This document shows positions 1 to 8,406 of a stretch of DNA of 64,000 bases, one piece after another. Source of the stretch: an uncultured Planctomycetales bacterium. Lineage in GTDB: Bacteria; Omnitrophota; Gorgyraeia; Zapsychrales; JANLHA01. How positions within the stretch are numbered: the stretch's first letter is position 1; the number at the start of each line of letters is the position of its first letter. The stretch covers positions 64,130 to 128,129 of the forward strand of contig CAZAXH010000008.1 in assembly GCA_964489065.1 (NCBI GenBank), in the 5' to 3' direction. The notes beneath the pieces are model-generated. The model ran no database searches and was not told the origin of the DNA. It saw only the letters and a list, made by a program, of their open reading frames with translations. The translations under genes and the position numbers were made by a program.

Positions 1-2
1 AT

Positions 3-308
3 TTGTGTTATCAATTTCTTGACACCATTGTAGGGGAATTAGATATGGAAAAACAGGCCCCGCCTAGCATATTTCGAAGTGACACCAAACGGTTCCCGGA
101 AAAAGCCGGGTTATCCGGGTGGGTTCCTTTGATAGAAAGCTCGGTTGTCATTCATACGTTAAGCTTGAAAAATTTTATTACAATCGATATTTATTCCTGC
201 CGGGATTTTGATGAAGTCAAAGCTTTGGAATCATCCAAAAAGTATTTCTTACCCGCTCAAGTTGAATCGCAGTTTCTTTATCGTGGGCTTGCTTATTATG
301 ATGCCTAA
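3..308 (+). CDS. S-adenosylmethionine decarboxylase proenzyme, small SpeH-type; 5' partial because the gene begins upstream of the window
   Basis: Motif ...PLIESSVVIHTLSLKNFITIDIYSCRDFD resembles the pyruvoyl-forming E-S-S/H cleavage region and following beta-strand of class 1 AdoMetDC (ESHISIHTWPE-type). The ORF runs to the window edge. Confidence 0.5.
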   Translation: MCYQFLDTIVGELDMEKQAPPSIFRSDTKRFPEKAGLSGWVPLIESSVVIHTLSLKNFITIDIYSCRDFDEVKALESSKKYFLPAQVESQFLYRGLAYYDA

Positions 309-341
309 AACTGCTGTGTTTCAAAAAAGGTAATCGGGACT

Positions 342-944
342 TTGGATCAAGCATCGATAAATCACGAAAAATATCTAGAGAGAAAGGCCGTATACCGGAG
401 TTTTGGTTATGATGTTGATGAAGAACGGGGATTTGTCCTTAAAATGGCGCAGCCCATTCAGGGGAGGATTCTTGAAGCCGGAACCGGGAAAGGGTATTTC
501 GCTGCTCTTTTGGCACAAACCGGTCATTCATTCACCACATTCGATATATCGCAGGAAGAACAGGACTACGCAAAACTCAATCTGCGTTATTGGGGGCTTG
601 ATCACCTGGTTGATTTCCGCATTGAGGATGGCGAGGCATTGAGTTTCCCGGATCATAGTTATGATGTGATTTTCTGCGTTAATGCCCTTCATCATTTTCG
701 CAAACCCTATCAGGTGATTCATGAAATGCTTCGCGTGCTTGCGCCGGCTGGAAAGTTTGTCTTAAGTGATTTTACTGATAGAGGGTTCTCTATAATAAAG
801 AAAATTCACGCCCGGGATGGAGGCAATCACGAGACGGGAAAAGTCAGGATTGCGGATATTCAACAATATCTGCTTAATCAAAAGTTTAAAATAAAAACCG
901 CTCAAACCCGGTTCCAGGAAGTTCTTGTCGCGAGTAATGAATGA
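342..944 (+). CDS. Class I SAM-dependent methyltransferase (Methyltransf_11/25-like)
   Basis: Motif I ILEAGTGKGYF, acidic-loop FDIS, post-I DVIFCVNALHHF. The start at 342 is TTG with AAAAGG about 11 nt upstream; an internal ATG (MAQPIQ) is an alternative start. Confidence 0.7.
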   Translation: MDQASINHEKYLERKAVYRSFGYDVDEERGFVLKMAQPIQGRILEAGTGKGYFAALLAQTGHSFTTFDISQEEQDYAKLNLRYWGLDHLVDFRIEDGEALSFPDHSYDVIFCVNALHHFRKPYQVIHEMLRVLAPAGKFVLSDFTDRGFSIIKKIHARDGGNHETGKVRIADIQQYLLNQKFKIKTAQTRFQEVLVASNE

Positions 945-1172
945 CGGATATTTTTCTCAGATAGCACGCCTTCTTAAAATATCAAATTTTATAAATTTGT
1001 TTTGGGTATTTTCCCACCGAGTGGGGGGAGCCGGGAGGGTTATTATAAAAGCGTAATCAAAGCCGTATTTTATAAGAACAGGCAAGTGACCCGTATCACC
1101 CCCTTTAAGAGGTGTGAACCGATAATGGCTTACGTGGAACGTCGTTGAAAGTCTGAGGAAGGGAGGAACCGG

Positions 1173-2843
1173 ATGTTAAAAGCAAGAAGATGTTTGTGCC
1201 CGTGGGTTTTAGGTTTTTTGATTATATTGTTTTTAAACGGAGTGCCGGCGCCACAAGCCCGGGCCCAAGAGAAAGCCGAGCAATCATTGTGCGCCGTTTA
1301 TATTACCGGGAACGGTTGCAGCAATTGCGCTCTAACCGACCCCGCTCTTTTTACGGAAGCAACCGTCCTTAACCCCAACCTGGTTATTTTGGAGTATGAA
1401 ATTTATAGAACCCAGCAAGACAATATGGAGGTTAAAGATCAATATTTTCAAAATTATATCCCGCGTCGAAGACCAGGCGTTCCTTTCTTGATATGGGGAG
1501 AAGGGAAAACAGCTGTAGGGCGGATTGAAGTCCTTAAAGCCGTAAAACAGCTGACCGACACCAAGGTCGTTTCCCCCTGTGCTTTGCCCGATGGTTCCAG
1601 TAAAGCCTTCGAGGAGTTGGACGTGGGGCAATTGCCTGGCCGGGTCAATATTTGGACCAAAAACCGTTTGCTTATTTCTGAAAACACCTCCCAAGAGGCA
1701 AACCCGTCTTTGCGGCGGATTGTAAAAATGCAGGACATTTCTCGGGCTTTAGAAGGGTCCCGATTTGAAACGGTGGCTCCGAAGCCTTTTGAAATTTCTC
1801 AAGGCAAAGTTGATTTTGAGTATGCGGTTAAGATCGCTGATTGGGTTTTGCAATGGAACGGCGAGCCGTTGTCAGTCAGGCGAAGCGAAAAGGATATTTC
1901 CAAAAACATCGCCGGCATATTTATGCTCTTGGTGTTATGCGGAATCCTTTTTACGTTTTTTGAAGTCGAGCGCGCCCCGGCCGGGTTCAAAATTAAGTTC
2001 CGGTTAGGGGCCAAGATGAAAGACTGTCTTACTGTCGGCGTTTCTGTCCTAGGCTTAGTGCTGTTTTTTATTTTCGCCGGGCGAATTCCCCCGGACCTCA
2101 TTGAAAAAAGCGGTTATTCCATGCCGCTGTCGGTTTTTACTTTCTTGATCGGGTTGGTCGACGGTTTTAACCCCTGTAACATGTTTGTCCTGACCTGTCT
2201 TTTGGGGCTGCTGGTTTCAACGTCAAGCACGCGTCAACGGCTTTACCTGGTGGGTTTCTGTTTCGTGTTCGTCGTTTTTCTGTTTTATTTTTTGTTCATG
2301 GCCGCCTGGTTAAATGTTTTTAAATACATGGGATTTATCACGCCCTTAAGGATTGCTTTAGCGCTGATCGCCCTGCTTGCGGGGACGATTAACTGCAAAG
2401 AGATCCTTTTCTTCAAGAAAGGCGTCAGCCTGACGATCCAGGATCAGCATAAAGGCCCTTTGTTTAAAAAAATGCGGGATTTGCGCGCGCGTATTGAGAA
2501 AGGATCTTTATTTGTTCTGCTCGGATCTGCTATCAGCCTTGCAGTATTTTCTTCATTGATTGAATTGCTGTGTACGGCAGGGTTCCCTATCATTTATACG
2601 GGAATTCTGACAGGGAAAGGGCTGAAGGATTCATTCCAGTATTACCTGTATTTAATTTATTATAACCTTGTTTATGTCCTCCCTTTGGCTGTCATTGTTT
2701 TTGTGATTATTCACACCTTCAAAGCAACCCATGTCACACAGCGCCAGGTAGAAATTATGAAGTATGTCGGAGGGATTATCATGATTCTTCTAGGGCTGGT
2801 GCTTTTGGTTAACCCGATGTTATTAGGTATAGCGGTCCAATAA
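1173..2843 (+). CDS. Exported thioredoxin-like domain fused to a polytopic DsbD/CcdA-like membrane domain (putative thiol-disulfide transfer protein)
   Basis: Signal peptide, then GCSNC (CxxC) in a soluble N-domain, then about 8 TM helices with DGFNPC and LTCLLG cysteines typical of CcdA/DsbD transmembrane electron-transfer domains. RBS GAAGGGAGG upstream. Confidence 0.45.
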   Translation: MLKARRCLCPWVLGFLIILFLNGVPAPQARAQEKAEQSLCAVYITGNGCSNCALTDPALFTEATVLNPNLVILEYEIYRTQQDNMEVKDQYFQNYIPRRRPGVPFLIWGEGKTAVGRIEVLKAVKQLTDTKVVSPCALPDGSSKAFEELDVGQLPGRVNIWTKNRLLISENTSQEANPSLRRIVKMQDISRALEGSRFETVAPKPFEISQGKVDFEYAVKIADWVLQWNGEPLSVRRSEKDISKNIAGIFMLLVLCGILFTFFEVERAPAGFKIKFRLGAKMKDCLTVGVSVLGLVLFFIFAGRIPPDLIEKSGYSMPLSVFTFLIGLVDGFNPCNMFVLTCLLGLLVSTSSTRQRLYLVGFCFVFVVFLFYFLFMAAWLNVFKYMGFITPLRIALALIALLAGTINCKEILFFKKGVSLTIQDQHKGPLFKKMRDLRARIEKGSLFVLLGSAISLAVFSSLIELLCTAGFPIIYTGILTGKGLKDSFQYYLYLIYYNLVYVLPLAVIVFVIIHTFKATHVTQRQVEIMKYVGGIIMILLGLVLLVNPMLLGIAVQ

Positions 2844-2863
2844 AATAGTGAAAGAGAGCGAAC

Positions 2864-3691
2864 ATGAATCAACAAAATTCAGCAGAAGAACAAAACCGGC
2901 GCCTTGACGAAAAGATGTCGAGAATTAAGCATAAATTGATCGTTATGAGCGGAAAAGGAGGCGTGGGAAAAACATCTGTCGCGGTTAATTTGTCCTATGG
3001 ATTAGCGTTGTCCGGACAGAGGGTAGGGCTCCTGGACGTTGACCTGCACGGCCCGAATATCGCCAAAATGCTGGGCATTGAAGATGCCGTCCTTTATGCC
3101 ACGGATTCCGGCATTGAGCCCGCGGAAGTTACCAGCCATCTCAAGGCCGTGAGCTTGGCTTTAACTGGAATAGACCGTAATCAGCCGATTATTTGGCGGG
3201 GACCGATGAAAGCATCGGCGATCCGGCAATTTTTAAGTGACGTCAACTGGGGATGCCTGGATTATTTAGTGATTGATTCCCCTCCCGGGACCGGAGACGA
3301 ACCTTTGAGTGTCTGCCAACTGATCCCGGAGATCACCGGGGCCCTTGTTGTTACGACCCCTCAGGATGTGGCTGTTTTAGACGCAAGGAAAAGCGTGCTT
3401 TTCGCAAAAGAATTGAATATCCCGGTCATCGGCGTGATTGAAAACATGAGCGGTTTTATATGCCCGCATTGCCGCCAAGAAATAGATATTTTTAAAAGGG
3501 GGGGCGGGCAAAGGATCGCGGCAGAATTCAAAGTCCCTTTCCTGGGGAGCATCCCTTTGGATCCGGGACTAGTACATTTTGCGGATAGCGGCAAGCCGTT
3601 TGTTTCTTCCCGAGATCAATCCGGGGCGGCTCCGGTTTTCCTTGAAATCATCAAAAGGATTGAAACGGCGCTCGTCAAAGAGCCGGATTAG
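2864..3691 (+). CDS. Mrp/NBP35/ApbC family Fe-S cluster carrier ATPase
   Basis: Deviant Walker A VMSGKGGVGKTSVAVNL, and CPHC near the C-terminal third that bridges an Fe-S cluster in ApbC. Length 275 aa. Confidence 0.85.
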   Translation: MNQQNSAEEQNRRLDEKMSRIKHKLIVMSGKGGVGKTSVAVNLSYGLALSGQRVGLLDVDLHGPNIAKMLGIEDAVLYATDSGIEPAEVTSHLKAVSLALTGIDRNQPIIWRGPMKASAIRQFLSDVNWGCLDYLVIDSPPGTGDEPLSVCQLIPEITGALVVTTPQDVAVLDARKSVLFAKELNIPVIGVIENMSGFICPHCRQEIDIFKRGGGQRIAAEFKVPFLGSIPLDPGLVHFADSGKPFVSSRDQSGAAPVFLEIIKRIETALVKEPD

Positions 3692-3742
3692 CCCGGAAAG
3701 TTTCCCCCCGTCAAAAACTAAAATTATACGAAGGATAAAACG

Positions 3743-4609
3743 ATGAGAACATTTGTAGAGTGTGTCCCGTATTTTCTAAAACAAGCGCTTGAGCATGGCC
3801 GCTTATTCACCGGGGACGAGATGATTCATAAAGAAATTCTGGATGAAGTGGCGCACTTGATCCCGAATTTTTCCTTGGGGTGTACTCCTCCGGAGATGGC
3901 ACGGGAAATGCATAAACTGTTTGGGAAAAAATTCGGAGGGGAAGACCTTTATAAAGAGGTCAAAGAGCAAAGTAACCGAAGAGCTATGGACTTATATCCG
4001 GAACTAAAGAAAAAAGTTTCGCGCTCTCCCGATCCCCTGTTAACCGCCGTCGAGTTGGCCATCGCGGGCAATGTTATTGATTACGCCGTAAAAAATACGC
4101 TCAATATTGAGGACGAAATTCAAAAAATGCTAGACGGGAACTTTGCCGCAGGACGGAAAGGCATTTTTGAATACGAAGAATTCCGGGAGGATTTAGCCGC
4201 GGCCGAAACGGTGCTTTATTTAGCGGATAATGCCGGTGAAATCGTTTTTGACAGGGTCCTGTTGGAGGAACTCCCCAGCCGCCAAGAAATTATTTTTGCC
4301 GTGAGGGATAAACCGGTCATTAATGATGCGCTCCTGGATGACGCCCTGTTTTGCGGGATAGATAAAATAGCCCGGGTTATTTCCAGCGGAGTCGACGTAC
4401 CTGGGACGGTTTTAAAATATTGTTCCCAAGAGTTCCTGAAAATTTTTAAGCGGGCCGACCTGATCATCAGTAAAGGACAGGGCAATTATGAAGCCCTGAG
4501 CGATCTTAATGGGAAAATCTATTTTCTTTTTAAAGTCAAGTGCCCAGTCATCGCCCGGCATTCCGGAGCAAGTCTGGGGGATATCGTTTTGAGGCGAGCT
4601 GAAACATGA
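3743..4609 (+). CDS. DUF89/ARMT1-like damage-control phosphatase family protein
   Basis: Conserved LADNAGEIVFD and SKGQGNYEAL motifs that define the DUF89 metal-dependent phosphatase family. Confidence 0.7.
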   Translation: MRTFVECVPYFLKQALEHGRLFTGDEMIHKEILDEVAHLIPNFSLGCTPPEMAREMHKLFGKKFGGEDLYKEVKEQSNRRAMDLYPELKKKVSRSPDPLLTAVELAIAGNVIDYAVKNTLNIEDEIQKMLDGNFAAGRKGIFEYEEFREDLAAAETVLYLADNAGEIVFDRVLLEELPSRQEIIFAVRDKPVINDALLDDALFCGIDKIARVISSGVDVPGTVLKYCSQEFLKIFKRADLIISKGQGNYEALSDLNGKIYFLFKVKCPVIARHSGASLGDIVLRRAET

Positions 4610-5157
4610 TTACCAATCTTTCTTTATGTTTTAATCATGAAAGAATGGTTTCTCGCTGTAAACATTTTATTTTTAAAGATGGGTTCAATGCCGTTATCGG
4701 TCCCAACGGCTCCGGGAAAAGCACCTTATTACGGGCTGTTTATCAGTGTCGCGAATGCCGGCGCGATGAAAACGGGCCAACCCATTATCGGTATTTCAAC
4801 GGGGAAACCATGAATCCGCACAAAGCGTATAAATATTTTAAAGGACCGCCTGGGACCAGGATCCGTGCCCGGGCTTTGTTTTCGTCGCATGGAGAAACCA
4901 TGAGGGATGTATTGAGTTCTTATAATCCTCTGCCCGGGGATTGTTTTATTTTAGATGAACCGGAAACAGGGCATGACCTTCATTGGGTGCTTAAGATCCG
5001 TCAAGGACTGGATCTCTTGGTGCAAAACGGCTGTCAGGTGTTTGTATCTTCCCATCACCCGATTTTCTGGCGCCACGCTCATATTATCGAATTACAACGC
5101 AATTATCAACAGAAGGTTCTTAAAATTCTCCTCGATCAGATGAACCGGACTTCGTAA
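4606..5157 (+). CDS. Small (183 aa) Walker A/B ATPase, SMC/ABC-like minimal nucleotide-binding protein
   Basis: GPNGSGKSTLLRAV (Walker A) and CFILDEPETGHD (Walker B plus D-loop). No ABC signature is evident. ATGA overlap with the DUF89 gene. Confidence 0.5.
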   Translation: MITNLSLCFNHERMVSRCKHFIFKDGFNAVIGPNGSGKSTLLRAVYQCRECRRDENGPTHYRYFNGETMNPHKAYKYFKGPPGTRIRARALFSSHGETMRDVLSSYNPLPGDCFILDEPETGHDLHWVLKIRQGLDLLVQNGCQVFVSSHHPIFWRHAHIIELQRNYQQKVLKILLDQMNRTS

Positions 5158-5178
5158 TTTTTATCCCCCAATGGGGGA

Positions 5179-5934
5179 TTATTTCTTCTCGGCTTCCCAG
5201 CTCCCCGATTCAACAACAGTTTCCCCAACCTGGACTTTCCATTCTCCCTGTATCACCTTTCCGGAAATTACCCCTTCAATTTCGACAATTTCATTTTTAT
5301 CAGAGACGATGGAGTAGGCGAACAGCTCCTTATTGTTAACATATCCTTTGAATTCTTCTTCTTGCTCCCGTATTGTAATCTTTTGCCCTTCCTGGAAAAT
5401 GACAATAGTCCGTTCCTCGGCCAGGCCGGCTTCATTAAAGATTTTGAATGCCCAGTTGCCGTTAATATCAGGGATGCTGGATTCCATAGTGGCGCATTGA
5501 TCAAGCGCATCCCGACTTTTTTCGGCAATCCAACGCCCGGTATTCACAACTTCCGCATTTCTGACATCTTTCCATGTCCCGCTTAAAACGTCCCTTGATA
5601 TGACCCCATGAACTTCTGTGGTATCGCAACCTTGAGTTTTATCGCAGGGAGCCGAAAGGTGTATTTTGTTTTTGTCCATATAGCCTTCATAGGTACGTGT
5701 CCCTTCCAGTAAAGATATCAGCTGACTGGAGTCCTGGCTGATCGTCACAACAGCGCTTTTACCTACTGGCGCGCCGTTTGCATCATAAGATTTTAAAAAC
5801 CATTCTCCAGCAATGACCGGGGTCGTCTGGCGCACGCCAAGTGTGTAGCCGATTCCAAAACATAGACAACCAACGAGAAGGCCAACAGCCAGAGATGGCA
5901 AAAGGACGTTTTTTTGAAAATATTTTTTTTGCAT
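5179..5934 (-). CDS. Hypothetical exported protein or lipoprotein
   Basis: Start taken at MQKKYFQKNVLLPSLAVGLLVGC (signal peptide with Cys). The ORF extends to 6024, but the upstream 30 codons lack an ATG start. No recognisable catalytic motif. Confidence 0.45.
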   Translation of the reverse strand: MQKKYFQKNVLLPSLAVGLLVGCLCFGIGYTLGVRQTTPVIAGEWFLKSYDANGAPVGKSAVVTISQDSSQLISLLEGTRTYEGYMDKNKIHLSAPCDKTQGCDTTEVHGVISRDVLSGTWKDVRNAEVVNTGRWIAEKSRDALDQCATMESSIPDINGNWAFKIFNEAGLAEERTIVIFQEGQKITIREQEEEFKGYVNNKELFAYSIVSDKNEIVEIEGVISGKVIQGEWKVQVGETVVESGSWEAEKK

Positions 5935-6123
5935 AACAGCAATCCTTTTTATGTTTTTGATACATTTTGGGTTCAAATTTTGGATTATTATAACATGGAA
6001 AAAGGAGGGGCGGTTCAAAAACATTATTATTTCTTTCCCTTAGGGATGCTTAAAGAATGTCTTAGTTCCATTATTGATATATTCATTTAAAATATTCATA
6101 ACTAGTTATTAGTGTTTGATTTA

Positions 6124-6148
6124 AAATAGTTCAAAATTAGAACTATTT
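6124..6148. promoter_or_regulatory. Perfect 9-bp inverted repeat AAATAGTTC-N7-GAACTATTT (operator-like)
   Basis: Read directly. Lies in the AT-rich 430-bp intergenic region immediately 5' of a -35-like TTGACT, upstream of the first island gene. Confidence 0.4.
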
Positions 6149-6150
6149 CC

Positions 6151-6181
6151 TTGACTTTTTGAGCCAAAATTTTAAGATAAT
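6151..6181 (+). promoter_or_regulatory. Sigma70-like promoter candidate (TTGACT-16 nt-TAAGAT/GATAAT) facing the island
   Basis: -35 TTGACT at 6151-6156 and -10 TAAGAT at 6173-6178, about 185 nt upstream of the DegT gene start at 6366. Confidence 0.35.
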
Positions 6182-6365
6182 ATAAGTAGGCTGGGGCCCT
6201 TAGCCCGTTTATAGGATACCAATAAAGCAGTATCAAGGTTTGATGCTTTAATATATAATAAGTTAACATGATATATAACTATAAATTAATTCTATGTTAT
6301 ATTAATCAAATATTATGTGGACTATGTGCCCGGGATGATCCGGGAAAAAGACATAAAAACGGGGT

Positions 6366-7421
6366 ATGATAGAACATTCCAAACCGACATTGGGGCCGCG
6401 CGAGAGACAGGCGCTCCTGAAAACTCTGGCTTCCAATTATATTGCGGAAGGCCAGGAAGTGCATTGCTTTGAAAATGAGGTGGCCGCTTATATCGGTTCC
6501 CCGGGCGCTGTCGCAACGTCCACCGGAACTTTGGGGCTCCATCTCGCACTTCTTTGCCTTGATATGAAGCCAGGGGCCGAGATCATCATCCCAAGCTACA
6601 CTTGCCGCTCTGTTTTAAACGCGGTTTCCTACTGCCGGGCTAAACCGGTGGTATGTGACGTGGAGATAGAAAATTATAATTTGTCTTTTGCGGATGTAAA
6701 AAAAAAAATGACGGCTCGCACGCAAGCGATTATTGTGCCGCATATGTTCGGGTGTCCGGCGCCGATTGACCACTTTAAAACACTGGGGGTTCCTCTTATT
6801 GAAGACTGTGCGCACGCTTTGGGCACCGAATATAAAGGGCGGAAAGCGGGCTGTTGGGGCGATTTGGCCCTGCTTTCTTTTGAAGGTACAAAATATATTG
6901 TAACGGGGGAAGGGGGGATGGTCTTAGCCAACTCTGCCCGCATGCTCAAAAGGCTCCGCAAGTTGAAGGAGGGGGATTCTCCCGATCTTCCTGCGAAATA
7001 CACGTATCGTATGACGGATTTACAGGCCGCCGTGGGACGGGTTCAACTGAGCAGGCTGGAAGATTTTATTAAGAAACGCCGGAGCATCGCCCGGGTTTAT
7101 GATAAAGCCTTCGCATCTGTGACCGAAAGGCATCCGTTGGCGCACATTGACGGCCGCCATATTTACCAGCGTTACATGGTTCAGGTCCGGGGAAACATCC
7201 GTAAACTCATGGAAGATTGCCTTCGCCAGGGGATAAAAGTGAAGCAGCCGGTCAAACCTTATCCTCTGCACCGCTATCTGGGTCTTGCCGGAGGTTTATT
7301 CCCCAACACCGAGCGTATTATGCGTTCGGCGGTCTCTATCCCGATATATCCCTCGTTAACAAAAAAAGAGATTATGCATATAACACAAATACTGCCACCC
7401 TTATTCAAGCGCTATGCCTGA
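6366..7421 (+). CDS. DegT/DnrJ/EryC1/StrS family PLP-dependent aminotransferase
   Basis: N-terminal KPTLGPRE...YIAEGQEV...TGTLGLHLAL...IIPSYTC and the FEGTKYI lysine region typical of sugar aminotransferases or dehydratases. Contains an A11 homopolymer at 6698-6708. Confidence 0.8.
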   Translation: MIEHSKPTLGPRERQALLKTLASNYIAEGQEVHCFENEVAAYIGSPGAVATSTGTLGLHLALLCLDMKPGAEIIIPSYTCRSVLNAVSYCRAKPVVCDVEIENYNLSFADVKKKMTARTQAIIVPHMFGCPAPIDHFKTLGVPLIEDCAHALGTEYKGRKAGCWGDLALLSFEGTKYIVTGEGGMVLANSARMLKRLRKLKEGDSPDLPAKYTYRMTDLQAAVGRVQLSRLEDFIKKRRSIARVYDKAFASVTERHPLAHIDGRHIYQRYMVQVRGNIRKLMEDCLRQGIKVKQPVKPYPLHRYLGLAGGLFPNTERIMRSAVSIPIYPSLTKKEIMHITQILPPLFKRYA

Positions 7422-8406
7422 TACTGAAAAAACAATTATCCCGGTTCCTGATTTGTCCCATGTTGACGCCGGCCCGTTCCCGCCCATGGTGGTTGTCGAA
7501 ATCACGAATGTCTGTAATCTGCAGTGCATCCACTGTCCGTTTTGCTATATATCAAAAGAGCCCGGGTATAAACCGTGCTATATGGCCTGGCCGCTTTATA
7601 AAAAGATCGTGGATGAGGTCGCCGGCCATCCCGGAACCATTTTTCGGCTTTTATGTGACGGAGAGCCCCTCTGCCATCCTCGGTTTATCGATATGGTCCG
7701 CTATGCTAAGACGCGGGGGGTAAGCCCGGTTAATTTTATCACCAACGGGCTTTTAATGGACGGGGCCCGGGCTGCGGCGGTGCTGGAAGCCGGAGTGGAG
7801 GCGGTTGAATTCAGCCTGGATGCGCTTAATAAGAACACATACGAGCGCATCCGGAAAGGTTCGAATTATGAAACGGTCATGCATCATGTCAAAGGCTTTA
7901 TCCGGCTGCGAGACACGTTAAAGGCTCCGACAAAAATTTTTGTCAGCATTATTGACCAGCCTGAAGCCGAAGCCGAGTTGGACGCTTTTGTCGCTTACTG
8001 GACCCCCCGTGTCGACCGGGTTATTACCCGGGCCTACACGTCCATACGGGGCCTTGTTGACCCGGCCAAGATCAAGACCGACCCGCAGATTAAACGCTGG
8101 CCCTGTCCTGACCTTTGGAGGCGTTCGTTTATCAATGTCGACGGTTTTGCCGAATTCTGCGTGGAAGATTGGCACGACCAATCCGTGGTCGGGGATATTA
8201 ACAAAACGACCCTTCAGGCCGTCTGGCAGGGTCCGGATTACGAACGGCTCCGGACCCTGCACAGGCAACGGAGGTTTCAGGAAATTCCTTATTGTGCGGG
8301 CTGTCTGGATTGGCGGGCCCGGGACTGGCATTATGATTATTTTTTGGCTTTGAGAGATACGTTAGGCTCAACGGCAGCCCCAGAGCGGCGGGAGGTGCGG
8401 CCATGA
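7414..8406 (+). CDS. Radical SAM protein with C-terminal SPASM-like cysteine-rich domain
   Basis: VVEITNVCNLQCIHCPF (CX3CX2C), GEPL motif, C-terminal CPDLW...FCVEDW...YCAGCLDW cysteines. Overlaps the DegT gene by 8 nt. Confidence 0.75.
   Translation: MPDTEKTIIPVPDLSHVDAGPFPPMVVVEITNVCNLQCIHCPFCYISKEPGYKPCYMAWPLYKKIVDEVAGHPGTIFRLLCDGEPLCHPRFIDMVRYAKTRGVSPVNFITNGLLMDGARAAAVLEAGVEAVEFSLDALNKNTYERIRKGSNYETVMHHVKGFIRLRDTLKAPTKIFVSIIDQPEAEAELDAFVAYWTPRVDRVITRAYTSIRGLVDPAKIKTDPQIKRWPCPDLWRRSFINVDGFAEFCVEDWHDQSVVGDINKTTLQAVWQGPDYERLRTLHRQRRFQEIPYCAGCLDWRARDWHYDYFLALRDTLGSTAAPERREVRP

Noticed and set aside
403-722. Overlapping small ORFs (403-642 plus-strand, 528-722 minus-strand) inside the methyltransferase gene
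   Set aside because: They are out-of-frame or antisense to a gene with clear methyltransferase motifs, and are low-complexity translations.
937-1172. Possible riboswitch or structured leader before the DsbD-like gene (small hairpins CCCAC-CGA-GTGGG, TCACC...GGTG)
   Set aside because: There is no recognisable conserved riboswitch core or terminator-antiterminator pair. The hairpins are short, and neither is followed by a U-tract.
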